A DNA stretch of 64,000 bases, from NCBI GenBank assembly GCA_964519305.1, contig CAZFHY010000003.1:98211-162210 (forward strand). Direction: 5' to 3'. Both the position numbers and the translations under genes were made by a program. Source of the DNA: Candidatus Undinarchaeota archaeon. Its GTDB lineage: Archaea; SpSt-1190; JASMDC01. The notes under the pieces were generated by a model that saw only the letters and a list, made by a program, of their open reading frames with translations, was not told the DNA's origin and did no database searches. Shown here one piece after another: positions 36,881 to 45,455 of this stretch; position 1 is the stretch's first letter, and each line of letters begins with the position of its first letter.

Positions 36881-37690
36881 TTAGTCGAAAAGGTGTGATA
36901 TGAAGTCGTGGGTGCAGCCGTTACCGGGAGCATTGAGGAGCTCCGGGACACCATCATCGTTCTTAGGGATCATGATGGATGAGGATACCGTGTTGTGGTT
37001 CATGGGATTCTCGGGAATGGCGTGGCGACAGATAGAGTATTCGGATGGATCCGGATCGTGATCGCGGTAGACCTCCATGATATCCTTGGGATGTATCTTC
37101 TTTTTCGGTGCGAGGAGATCCTGTACCCGCTTCCTTCGCATATAGGAGCTTGGATAAGAGTAGACGTCAGGGCCGAACTCATCCAGGAAAATGAAGTGAT
37201 TGGTTCGCACTTGGATGCCGTTCGTGATGCGCTGGACCGCGAACTCGGAGTCGGTGCCTTCGATGATCGCACCCTCGGTAGCATCTGCCAAGAGCATGCT
37301 TCCACCCATGTATCGCCCGTGCTCTATCTCCTCGGTCACGAACCGGATGGCCTCCTCGACGTTCGCACAGAGGCCTAGGATCGCACGGCCAAGGACACCG
37401 CACTTCCGCAGAGTAGCGTCCGCGCCAGGGATGGGCTTCCAGTCCTCTTCCCATCCCGGTTTATTGATCTTGACGAAAAAAGTACCAATGCATAATCCTT
37501 TGTCATTGATACCCTGGGTGATTATGTCCGGTCGGGTCTTGTGGTTGACGCCCATGAATGAGTAATCCAAGCGGTCCTTGATGACCATCTCCTCCCCCCG
37601 GATTTCACCGCATTCCTTATCCCTGTTCTTGGCCATGAAAACCCGGCCGAAAGAAGACCGGTCAGCGCCGATGATAATGCCCGTACACAT
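36881..37690 (-). CDS. Cys-type N-terminal nucleophile hydrolase (C45/C69-like)
   Basis: Begins M-CTG, AKNRD, QGINDKGL, VRTNHF, SSYMRRKR, ICRH, TVSS. Confidence 0.82.
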   Translation of the reverse strand: MCTGIIIGADRSSFGRVFMAKNRDKECGEIRGEEMVIKDRLDYSFMGVNHKTRPDIITQGINDKGLCIGTFFVKINKPGWEEDWKPIPGADATLRKCGVLGRAILGLCANVEEAIRFVTEEIEHGRYMGGSMLLADATEGAIIEGTDSEFAVQRITNGIQVRTNHFIFLDEFGPDVYSYPSSYMRRKRVQDLLAPKKKIHPKDIMEVYRDHDPDPSEYSICRHAIPENPMNHNTVSSSIMIPKNDDGVPELLNAPGNGCTHDFISHLFD

Positions 37691-37777
37691 GAGAACCAAC
37701 TCGAATACCGCGGTACGCGGCCGTATCGAAAGGAGTGCCCCAAACACATAAAAAGATGTTGGCACCCTTGCCCTTGT

Positions 37778-38674
37778 ATGTCCCTTACCATAGGGCTTTT
37801 CACGAGGAAGCTAACGTGGGAGAACCAGAAGGTCCTCGTAGCCCTCATCAAGAAAGGTTGCGACGTTCTCACCATCTCACCAGAAGAGATCCGTTTTGAG
37901 ATATCTGACGGTATCAAGGCACGGTTAGAAGACTATGACCTGTCACATCTTAGTGGTGTGTACAATCGTCTGGACGTCACTCCCGACCTCGGTATGCCCT
38001 ATCATGCATTCCAAGCGATCAAATACATCGACAAGGCCGGAGTTCCCATCGTCAACAGCCCCGCATCAATCGCCACGGCACATAACAAGTTCAATACCTT
38101 CGCAGCGCTCATGGGTGGCGGGATCCGACTCCCGCTCACAATCCTTGCCCAAGACGTTGTCCAAGCCGAATCCATCCTCAACCGGAGTGAACTCCCTCTT
38201 GTCATAAAACCTGTGTTCGGCTCATGGGGCCGAGATGCGTTCCTTGTGAACGACTTGGAAGAAGGCCACTACATCCTTGAGAACCTGGCTGAACGTGGTT
38301 GGTTCCAGGAATCGGGCATCCTGATACAACGATACATCGACAATCCTGGTAGGGACATCAGGGCGCTGGTCGTTGGTGACCGAGTCGTCGCCGCCATGTA
38401 CCGATACGCACCTCGGGGGGAGTGGCGAACCAACATATCTCTCGGTGGTCGTGGAGAGCCCTGTAAGATCACACCGGAGATCGAGGAACTGGCTGTCCGC
38501 TCCCTCGAGCTAGTGGGCGGTGAGATAATGGGCGTCGACCTTATGGAGAGCAAGGAAGGGCTCTTCGTCCTCGAAGTGAACGGTTCGGCTGACTTCCGCG
38601 GCCTCACACGGGCCACGGGTGTGGATGTCAAGGAGATCATTGCTGACTATCTTATCAAGACTTTTAGACGATGA
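37778..38674 (+). CDS. RimK/LysX-family ATP-grasp amino-acid ligase
   Basis: NKFNT, PLVIKPVFGSWGR, IQRYI..PGRDIR, EWRTNISLGG, GVDLMES, LEVN. Confidence 0.92.
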   Translation: MSLTIGLFTRKLTWENQKVLVALIKKGCDVLTISPEEIRFEISDGIKARLEDYDLSHLSGVYNRLDVTPDLGMPYHAFQAIKYIDKAGVPIVNSPASIATAHNKFNTFAALMGGGIRLPLTILAQDVVQAESILNRSELPLVIKPVFGSWGRDAFLVNDLEEGHYILENLAERGWFQESGILIQRYIDNPGRDIRALVVGDRVVAAMYRYAPRGEWRTNISLGGRGEPCKITPEIEELAVRSLELVGGEIMGVDLMESKEGLFVLEVNGSADFRGLTRATGVDVKEIIADYLIKTFRR

Positions 38675-39007
38675 TTAGCCTTTGATGTCGTTAATTCGAA
38701 CCGCTTCATTATGACCTCGCCTACGAGCGTGCTCTTCATGGCTATGGAACGCAACCTCATGTCGCTCAGGAAGTCGATGGGTGAGGAGCTTCCAGCGATC
38801 CTTGTCCACGAGGGTGCTGGCCAGTCCGACATGAGGCATTTCCCTGGTACCGGAGCCCAATGCATCGAGATAGGTCCCCGTGGAAATGGCGCTCATGCTC
38901 GAACGGAGTATGTCGAGAAGGATTCATTGACTATCCATGCGAAGGCGCTCGCGGCAACGCTACTGGACCTAATCGGTGATGAACGTGCCACGTGGGCGAG
39001 CTCCTGA
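38671..39007 (+). pseudogene. Remnant of an M20 (ArgE/DapE/LysK-like) peptidase, C-terminal ~110 aa only
   Basis: GQSDMRHF..IEIGP.GNGAHARTEYV matches the M20 C-terminus; the coupled ATG at 38671 stops after four codons; N-terminal metal ligands are absent. Confidence 0.65.
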
Positions 39008-39013
39008 TTTTTT
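39008..39013 (+). terminator. Oligo-T terminator candidate
   Basis: T6 immediately after the TGA at 39005..39007. Confidence 0.45.
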
Positions 39014-39067
39014 AGAAGGCTCTGGAGCTTGAGCTTTATGAATCATGAATGACTCTGTCAGACTTTC

Positions 39068-39190
39068 ATGGACGAGGGGGATGAGGTTTTTCTTCACGGG
39101 GAGGAATTGAGACGTATCGATGAGATCATTGATACCATGTTCGTATCCCTACGTTCAATGGACATGGTCCTCCCACTGGACGACTACTGA
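39068..39190 (+). CDS. Possible 40-aa acidic small protein
   Basis: MDEGDEVFLHGEELRRIDEIIDTMFVSLRSMDMVLPLDDY; TTTATGAA 33 nt upstream (leaderless spacing). Confidence 0.35.
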   Translation: MDEGDEVFLHGEELRRIDEIIDTMFVSLRSMDMVLPLDDY

Positions 39191-39580
39191 ACCGCTTGTT
39201 CGCTTTCTAGGCAGAAGATCTCTGATTTCTTAAGCATTGTCAGGTACATGCAGGGGAACTGAACTTTTGCAGAATGAGAATGAAACCATGTCGCCCCCTC
39301 CGCTCGATCGGCATCATCGGCCGGGACTTGGTATACGGGCTATTTTTCCAGACGCCACCCGTCAGGCGCCTATCAGTCGGGACATGAAGTCCCGCAACCG
39401 TGTAAAGGTCGCTATGTACCCCGTTTATTTCCTACTGGACCACTGATGGTTTTCAAGATTTATTAAAGTTTATTAGACCGCTCAGATCGGTAACAGACCC
39501 CCCTGGCATACATCGTAGTAAATGCTATAAGCAGCCACCGATATGATAAGTACACGGGTGCTGGGAACCCCGTCCTGAGA

Positions 39581-40936
39581 ATGGTACGAGAACGGAAGAC
39601 GAAGGCCGGACGCGAACGTCGATCATCCTCCAAAGGAAACCGTGATAACTCCCAGGATATCGGTCCGGTCGACGATCAGTTCGAGTTGAAAGGGACCGGT
39701 CATGAGGATCAGCTCCCGGTCGTGAGCCGCAGGGACTTCGTCCAGGAAGGTATCACCTTTCTAGCATTGGCCGGTCTAGCCGGTCTGGGCCTACGTGCAT
39801 TCAGGAGCCCGGTAATAGGACCCCTTCCGACACCTCACCCTCTTGAGGGTCCACCTTCACCCGTAACGATCGATGGTGCTTCCGGACCATCCCCGGGAAG
39901 CACTCCGATTCCCGGTCTACAAGAAGCGAGCTTCTACGTTCAGGCAGCAGGTGGCAAGGTCGCCTGCGATCTATGTCCCCATGGTTGTGTTCTCTCACCA
40001 GGCCAACGAGGAATCTGCAGGGTCCGGGAGAACCATGATGGGCGCCTTTATACCCATGGATATGGGAATCCCTGTTCAGTCCATATCGATCCCATCGAGA
40101 AGAAGCCGCTGCTCCACTTCCTGCCGACCACCACTGCGTTCTCTATCGCTATTGGTGGGTGTAACTTCAGATGTCTCAACTGTCAGAACTGGGAGATCTC
40201 ACAACGTACCCCCGAGGAGGTCGAACAAGGGGAGCTCACACCTGTCGAGGTTGCCGAGCTCGCAAAGAGGGACGGCTGCGAATCGGTCGCTTATACGTAC
40301 TCGGAGCCATCTTCGTGGTACGAGTACATGCTCGACAGTGGGACCGCGACACGTGCATTGGGCATGCGGAACGTGTGGGTGACGAACGGCTATCTCAACC
40401 AGAGACCGCTCATGGAGCTGTGCAAGGTGCTAGATGGTGCGAACGTCGACCTCAAGACCTTCTCGGAGAAGATGTACAGCGAGCTATGCTCCGGGACACT
40501 ACAGCCTGTCAAGGACACTCTAGTAACGCTCAGGGAACAGGGTGTATGGGTGGAGGTGACGACGCTCCTGGTGCCCGGGTATTCCGATGATATGGACATG
40601 CTACGTGACATGTGCACTTGGATGGTCAAAACCCTCGGTCCGGACGTACCGCATCACATCTCCCGGTTCCATCCGGACCATAAACTCAACCACCTCCCTT
40701 GGACCCCGATTAAGACGCTGAAGGAAGCGCGTGAGATAGCTAGGGATGCGGGGGAGCATTATGTTTACATCGGGAACATCGCACCTTCCTCTGACATTCC
40801 TGATCCCGAGACGACCTATTGCCCATCATGTGGAGAGGCCGTGATCGAGCGCACCGGTTTCGTGGTCACGAAGAACGAGCTGGAGGGCGGCACCTGTCCA
40901 AAATGCGGTGAATCCATCGCGGGAGTGTGGGCCTAG
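39581..40936 (+). CDS. amrS: AmmeMemoRadiSam-type radical SAM enzyme with Tat-like N-terminal leader
   Basis: CDLCPHGC..GICRVR, IDPIEKKPLLHF, GCNFRCLNCQNWEISQ, AYTYSEP, HISRFHP, C-terminal CPSC/CPKC; SRRDFV plus hydrophobic stretch upstream. Confidence 0.9.
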   Translation: MVRERKTKAGRERRSSSKGNRDNSQDIGPVDDQFELKGTGHEDQLPVVSRRDFVQEGITFLALAGLAGLGLRAFRSPVIGPLPTPHPLEGPPSPVTIDGASGPSPGSTPIPGLQEASFYVQAAGGKVACDLCPHGCVLSPGQRGICRVRENHDGRLYTHGYGNPCSVHIDPIEKKPLLHFLPTTTAFSIAIGGCNFRCLNCQNWEISQRTPEEVEQGELTPVEVAELAKRDGCESVAYTYSEPSSWYEYMLDSGTATRALGMRNVWVTNGYLNQRPLMELCKVLDGANVDLKTFSEKMYSELCSGTLQPVKDTLVTLREQGVWVEVTTLLVPGYSDDMDMLRDMCTWMVKTLGPDVPHHISRFHPDHKLNHLPWTPIKTLKEAREIARDAGEHYVYIGNIAPSSDIPDPETTYCPSCGEAVIERTGFVVTKNELEGGTCPKCGESIAGVWA

Positions 40937-41000
40937 TTCCCTCGCCCTCACCGCTGCATTTTTCAATCTTGACCGAATGTTGATCGACGAGGGACCAATA

Positions 41001-41630
41001 ATGGGAATGTTGGACAACATCCACTGGCTCGGACACGCGAGCTTTAAAGTCACGGGACCGCTCACGGTCTATATCGATCCTTGGAACGTCTCCGAGACCC
41101 ATGATGCTGACATTATCCTTGTCACGCACGACCATTACGACCATCTCTCTCTGGATGACGTCGATCGTGTCGCCAAACCGGACGCAGTTGTCGTGGCACC
41201 GCCAGGCATGGGGGGGAAGATCGGCCCTACCGGACTTGCGTTCCAGCCGCTCGGTCCTGGGCAGGCCGCAACCGTGAAGGGCATGACGGTCGAGGCGGTC
41301 GCTGCCTACAATCCTGCAAAACCCTTTCATCCCAGCTCCAATGGATGGAACGGATACGTGTTCACTCTCGAAGATACACGTATCTATCATGCTGGTGATT
41401 CCGACCTGACTCCCGAGATGCAAAGCGTCACCGCTGACATCGTGCTCCTACCGGTGGGCGGGAAGTTCACCATGGATGCGGGCGAGGCCGCGCGTGCCGT
41501 CCAGGCGATTGGTCCTAAAGCTGCGATCCCTATGCATTGGGGGAGCATCGTGGGCAGCGAGGATGACGCTCGACGTTTCTGTTCCCTGGTCGGCGGGGTA
41601 GGGGTAATCAAACCCAAAGAGAGCAATTAG
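41001..41630 (+). CDS. MBL-fold metallo-hydrolase
   Basis: WLGHASF, YIDP, THDHYDH, YHAGDS, PVGG, IPMHWG. Confidence 0.92.
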   Translation: MGMLDNIHWLGHASFKVTGPLTVYIDPWNVSETHDADIILVTHDHYDHLSLDDVDRVAKPDAVVVAPPGMGGKIGPTGLAFQPLGPGQAATVKGMTVEAVAAYNPAKPFHPSSNGWNGYVFTLEDTRIYHAGDSDLTPEMQSVTADIVLLPVGGKFTMDAGEAARAVQAIGPKAAIPMHWGSIVGSEDDARRFCSLVGGVGVIKPKESN

Positions 41631-41712
41631 TACGGACCATTGACAGTGGCTCCTACGCCCTCTCATCGCGCCAGGTTTAGGTATATAAAACATAACGGGA
41701 AAGGGTCGTGCG

Positions 41713-42048
41713 ATGGGTACGAAGGGGAAGCTAGCGGAAAAGGCAGTGGCCCTTGAAGCGGAGTTTATCAGGCTCGAGTCCCAGCGTCGCGTTCTTAGGG
41801 ACGAGATACGCATCCTCGAACGTGAGGTGTACGAACTCCACCATCTTCGGGCCGAAAAGGATGGCACATGCCCCTTCTGCAAGAGAGCCTTCACACCCGA
41901 GGTCATCGACAACCTCCTTGTCGAACGCGAGGAGGAGCTGGAGGGCATCATCTCGGCTCTCGACACTGTGCGTGAGAACCATGCAGACGTCGAGAAGCGT
42001 CTTGTCGATATGCACAAGAAGATGAGCGGTGGTACAAAGGACGTCTAA
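41713..42048 (+). CDS. Small coiled-coil protein with central Rad50-type zinc hook
   Basis: Heptad helices flanking GTCPFCKRAFT; TATATAAA 31 nt upstream. Confidence 0.7.
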   Translation: MGTKGKLAEKAVALEAEFIRLESQRRVLRDEIRILEREVYELHHLRAEKDGTCPFCKRAFTPEVIDNLLVEREEELEGIISALDTVRENHADVEKRLVDMHKKMSGGTKDV

Positions 42049-42049
42049 T

Positions 42050-43108
42050 ATGGTACTGCGAGGATGGACCTTCGCTCTGTTTGTAGTGGCGCTCCTAGCT
42101 ATACCTTGTACCGGTTATAGTTACGATTCGATCCAGTACTCTATCAGTATCATAAACGAGACTGCTTCTGATGAGCAGATCGAGTTTACCATCATAAATG
42201 AAGAGAACACGACGATGAACTCTTTCAATCATACATTCTCAGGTTCTGTCGAAGTGTTCTCAGTGCTCATGGATGGACAGAAACCATCATATGAACTGCA
42301 TCGATTGGAAGAACGGGGAGTACGTATACAACTGAGAGTGCCTTTCAGTCGGCCGCTCGGTCCAGGGGACCGCTCCAGCTTCGTTATTAAGGTCAGGACG
42401 CATGGACATGTTGAGAAGGTGGGGGACGGGTTCATGTTCTCCCGAAGTTTCGGTTTCAAGAAGCGGTCCTCCCTCTTCAAATGCAATGTGTTCCTTCCCA
42501 TCGGGGCCATGTTGCCCACACCGGGAAAAGAGGAGGCGCCTGCTCTCTTCTTCCCTCCGGGTGACCTTTCACATGACGGTCGCAGGCTAAAAATTAGCTG
42601 GGCCGTGAGCGATCTTGAAGCACGTGAGCCCTTTGTATCCTTCATCCTCTACGAGTTCCCACCAGAGGTAACAACGATCGTAAGGACGGTGCTTGTGGAA
42701 AATAACGAGACGCGTCGCATGCTCGATACGGCCCTCAATACATCTGAGCTCCTGCGGGTCCAGCTCCAGGAAGAGCAGTCCACGAACCGGATGCTCTCTT
42801 CGTTCCTCCTCTTAGAGACCGTTGCCCTGGCGCTAATCGCTTACTTCCACATTTTCTCCCGCGCACGTGCCGCCCAGGGTGTCAGCACTCTCATACTTGA
42901 TAGCCTTGACGAGGATGAAGCATGCGTGCTATCCAAGGCCGTGGAACAGGTTGAGCCCATCACGCAGCGTGAGGTCCAGGACCTCCTAGGATTCAGCAAG
43001 GCAAAGCTATCGCGGACCTTGGACCGGCTCGAGGCGAAGGGTTTCATCAAAAAGGTAAGATGTGGCCGTACGAACAAGGTCCATGTCACTGAGAAAGCGC
43101 TCCGTTAA
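42050..43108 (+). CDS. Membrane-anchored regulator: signal peptide, extracellular beta domain, TM, C-terminal winged HTH
   Basis: C-terminal LDEDE..ITQREVQDLLGFSKAKLSRTLDRLEAKGFIKKVRCGRTNKV. Confidence 0.85.
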   Translation: MVLRGWTFALFVVALLAIPCTGYSYDSIQYSISIINETASDEQIEFTIINEENTTMNSFNHTFSGSVEVFSVLMDGQKPSYELHRLEERGVRIQLRVPFSRPLGPGDRSSFVIKVRTHGHVEKVGDGFMFSRSFGFKKRSSLFKCNVFLPIGAMLPTPGKEEAPALFFPPGDLSHDGRRLKISWAVSDLEAREPFVSFILYEFPPEVTTIVRTVLVENNETRRMLDTALNTSELLRVQLQEEQSTNRMLSSFLLLETVALALIAYFHIFSRARAAQGVSTLILDSLDEDEACVLSKAVEQVEPITQREVQDLLGFSKAKLSRTLDRLEAKGFIKKVRCGRTNKVHVTEKALR

Positions 43109-43168
43109 CGCTGCAGGATACCTTTAAGTGCTTTGGGCGGACAATAGTGGGCTACGAGGTGCTTGACC

Positions 43169-43600
43169 ATGAGCGAGGACAAGAAGGAAGAGGATCGAAA
43201 AGACGATGTCGATGAGTCGACGTCCGATACGATTGAGGAGAAGACGGTAAAAGCGCCCCGCGAAGAGGAAGATCAATCGGAAGAGGACGCAGTCGAGGAA
43301 GAGGTCACTGAAGAAGAGGAAGAAGAAGAAGAGGAAGAAGAAGAAGAGGAGAAGACCGAAGAGCGAAAGCCTCTATCCAAATCCCCCGTCAAACCTCCTG
43401 CACCCAAGAAGAAGGCGGAGGAGGCTGGACCTCTTGGGATCCCGCAGCACGACATTCTTCCGCTATTTCTTGCACTGGCAGGACTGATGGTGATGGTGTT
43501 TGCTCGATACCAGACCGCAAACCTCAACCTGCTCTATGGAGGTCTTGGACTGGTCGTCATCGGTGTCATCGCCTTCGTTGTCACGAACGTCACGCGATGA
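43169..43600 (+). CDS. Acidic disordered protein (poly-Glu) with C-terminal TM hairpin
   Basis: E14 run then two hydrophobic helices; GAGGTG upstream. Confidence 0.7.
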   Translation: MSEDKKEEDRKDDVDESTSDTIEEKTVKAPREEEDQSEEDAVEEEVTEEEEEEEEEEEEEEKTEERKPLSKSPVKPPAPKKKAEEAGPLGIPQHDILPLFLALAGLMVMVFARYQTANLNLLYGGLGLVVIGVIAFVVTNVTR

Positions 43601-44321
43601 GGCCGGCTTCAACAACGCCCGCAGCAACAAGAGCGGCACAGAGCAGACCGATCAAGCGGACGTAAGGCCCATGTGCATCTCGAACTGAGGCGTCCACATC
43701 ACCACTGCTGTCCATGACCGCAAGGACCTCACACGCGATTGCGTAGCCCACTGAAGCACCGATTATCAGGACAGGAAGTTCTACGATCGCATGGGGTAAC
43801 ACATATCTAACGAGCGAGTAGAGACCTTCGAGGCCGGTCATACCAGCGAGCCCGAGGAGCATGCCCCCGACCGCGCCGTTGAGCGCCATACCGCCTCCCG
43901 GAAAGAGGAATAGGAGGAAGTATGTGTCCTGGTCCTCATCCGCGACATCGTCCAGACCGGGATCGAAATAGGCCCCTAGCCGGTATATCGCTCGAGAGAT
44001 AGGCCCAGGAGGGCGACGTTCGGTTATCCGTGCGAGGAACAGTCCGCCCAGTGCCATGAAGAGGAGTGCAACGATGTTGTTTACCATCAAAGCGAGGGAT
44101 ATGCCGGCACCTGAGGCGCCTGCGGCCTCTCCTACAGCATGACCGACCGCAGCAGGAGCGACGACCCGGGTCATTGCCACGGTGATTGCCTGACCTGATT
44201 GGACTGGCGCTGCAAGTTCACCCAGAAATACCATGCTGAGGCCGAAAAGAATTCCCTCGACGAACCTCCATAACATATGCGGGATAGCGTCCCGCACCCG
44301 GGGGGGGAGCATCCTACACAC
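43590..44321 (-). CDS. SpoIIM-family membrane protein
   Basis: NNI, LNGAVGG, LPHAIVELP, AAGVVEA. Confidence 0.8.
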   Translation of the reverse strand: MCRMLPPRVRDAIPHMLWRFVEGILFGLSMVFLGELAAPVQSGQAITVAMTRVVAPAAVGHAVGEAAGASGAGISLALMVNNIVALLFMALGGLFLARITERRPPGPISRAIYRLGAYFDPGLDDVADEDQDTYFLLFLFPGGGMALNGAVGGMLLGLAGMTGLEGLYSLVRYVLPHAIVELPVLIIGASVGYAIACEVLAVMDSSGDVDASVRDAHGPYVRLIGLLCAALVAAGVVEAGLIA

Positions 44322-45357
44322 CGGAACCTGAACTGACGATATTCACGATGAGCGCCAGGTAGAGCAGGAACAGGAGCGAGGACTCGAAGCGAGTAAGACG
44401 CCTGTCAATGAGCATGATGACCAGAAGAAGGGTCACCAGCACCATGGCCGGTGCATAGAACGAGATGATGAGTGGTGGTACCAGCATCACACTACCGCCG
44501 GACATAGAGGGATAGATAATGGAACATATCCCGATGACGACCAGGATGTTGAAGTTGTTTGAGCCCATTATCCCGCCCGTGATCATCTCCTCTTGTCCCT
44601 TGAACTGGGATATGAGCGAGGTGACTAGCTCTGGGAGCGATGTGCCGATGGCGATCATGGTGAATCCGATAATGACATCGAGGACGTCATCGGCGATACC
44701 CAGCATCCGACCCACATCTGTACCGATGGAGACCGCTCCGGTCACGGTTGCCCGGGAGCCTAAGAACACGAACAAGATCCCCATCAGGACGAGCAGCCCT
44801 GCCTTGTTGGGTGGTATGCTTGGCTCCTCTTGCTTGTTGCGGGAACCGCGCAGGTTCGTGACATAAGCCACGTACATCATTAGGAGGATTACCCCCTCCA
44901 GGGGGACGATCTTCCCATCGAGCGCGACGATGACGAACGCGAAAGTGGACACAAGAAGGAAAGGGACCTCGGCAAGGAGCACGTTCCACTTGATATCGAT
45001 ACCGTGGACCATGCCACAGACACCGAGCACGAGAGTGATATTGGCGATATTGGATCCTACGATGTTACCTAGCACCAGATCAGGCTTATTGATGGTAAGA
45101 GCCATCAGCGATGCACCAAGTTCTGGAAGGCTCGTTCCCAGTGCAACGATCGTGGAGCCGACCAAGAATGCAGGTACTCCGAAGTGGATCCCGAGATTGG
45201 ATGCGCCCTCAGTGAACCTGTCAGCACCAGATACGAGCACAACGATACCACATAGGAATAGCAGGTAGGGATTATTCAATCCCGTCGTGGGGAATAGCAT
45301 GCCTGCGAGTAACAGGGAGAAGGCCAGAGCCGATGCTATATCCTGCTGGCTGACCAC
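44314..45357 (-). CDS. Ca2+/Na+ antiporter (CaCA/YrbG family)
   Basis: Two alpha repeats ALGTSLPEL..GNIVGSNIAN and AIGTSLPEL..GSNNFN; GTG 45357 lies 30 nt below TTTATAAA. Confidence 0.92.
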   Translation of the reverse strand: MVSQQDIASALAFSLLLAGMLFPTTGLNNPYLLFLCGIVVLVSGADRFTEGASNLGIHFGVPAFLVGSTIVALGTSLPELGASLMALTINKPDLVLGNIVGSNIANITLVLGVCGMVHGIDIKWNVLLAEVPFLLVSTFAFVIVALDGKIVPLEGVILLMMYVAYVTNLRGSRNKQEEPSIPPNKAGLLVLMGILFVFLGSRATVTGAVSIGTDVGRMLGIADDVLDVIIGFTMIAIGTSLPELVTSLISQFKGQEEMITGGIMGSNNFNILVVIGICSIIYPSMSGGSVMLVPPLIISFYAPAMVLVTLLLVIMLIDRRLTRFESSLLFLLYLALIVNIVSSGSGV

Positions 45358-45455
45358 GTTGGCTCCACTACGCTCACATTTTATAAAGGCATGGGTGACT
45401 GGAAATGCCCGTATCGGGGAAACCCTTTTCAAGGTTAGGCAAGGGTGGGAACGTT

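Noticed and set aside
38672-38674. TGA readthrough fusing the RimK/LysX ligase to the in-frame M20 fragment
   Set aside because: The ligase ends at its normal family length, the fragment lacks catalytic residues and no recoding signal is visible; deletion is the simpler explanation.
43305-43352. GAA/GAG run as a contingency microsatellite
   Set aside because: It is an in-frame mixed-codon poly-Glu tract; length change would not switch expression.
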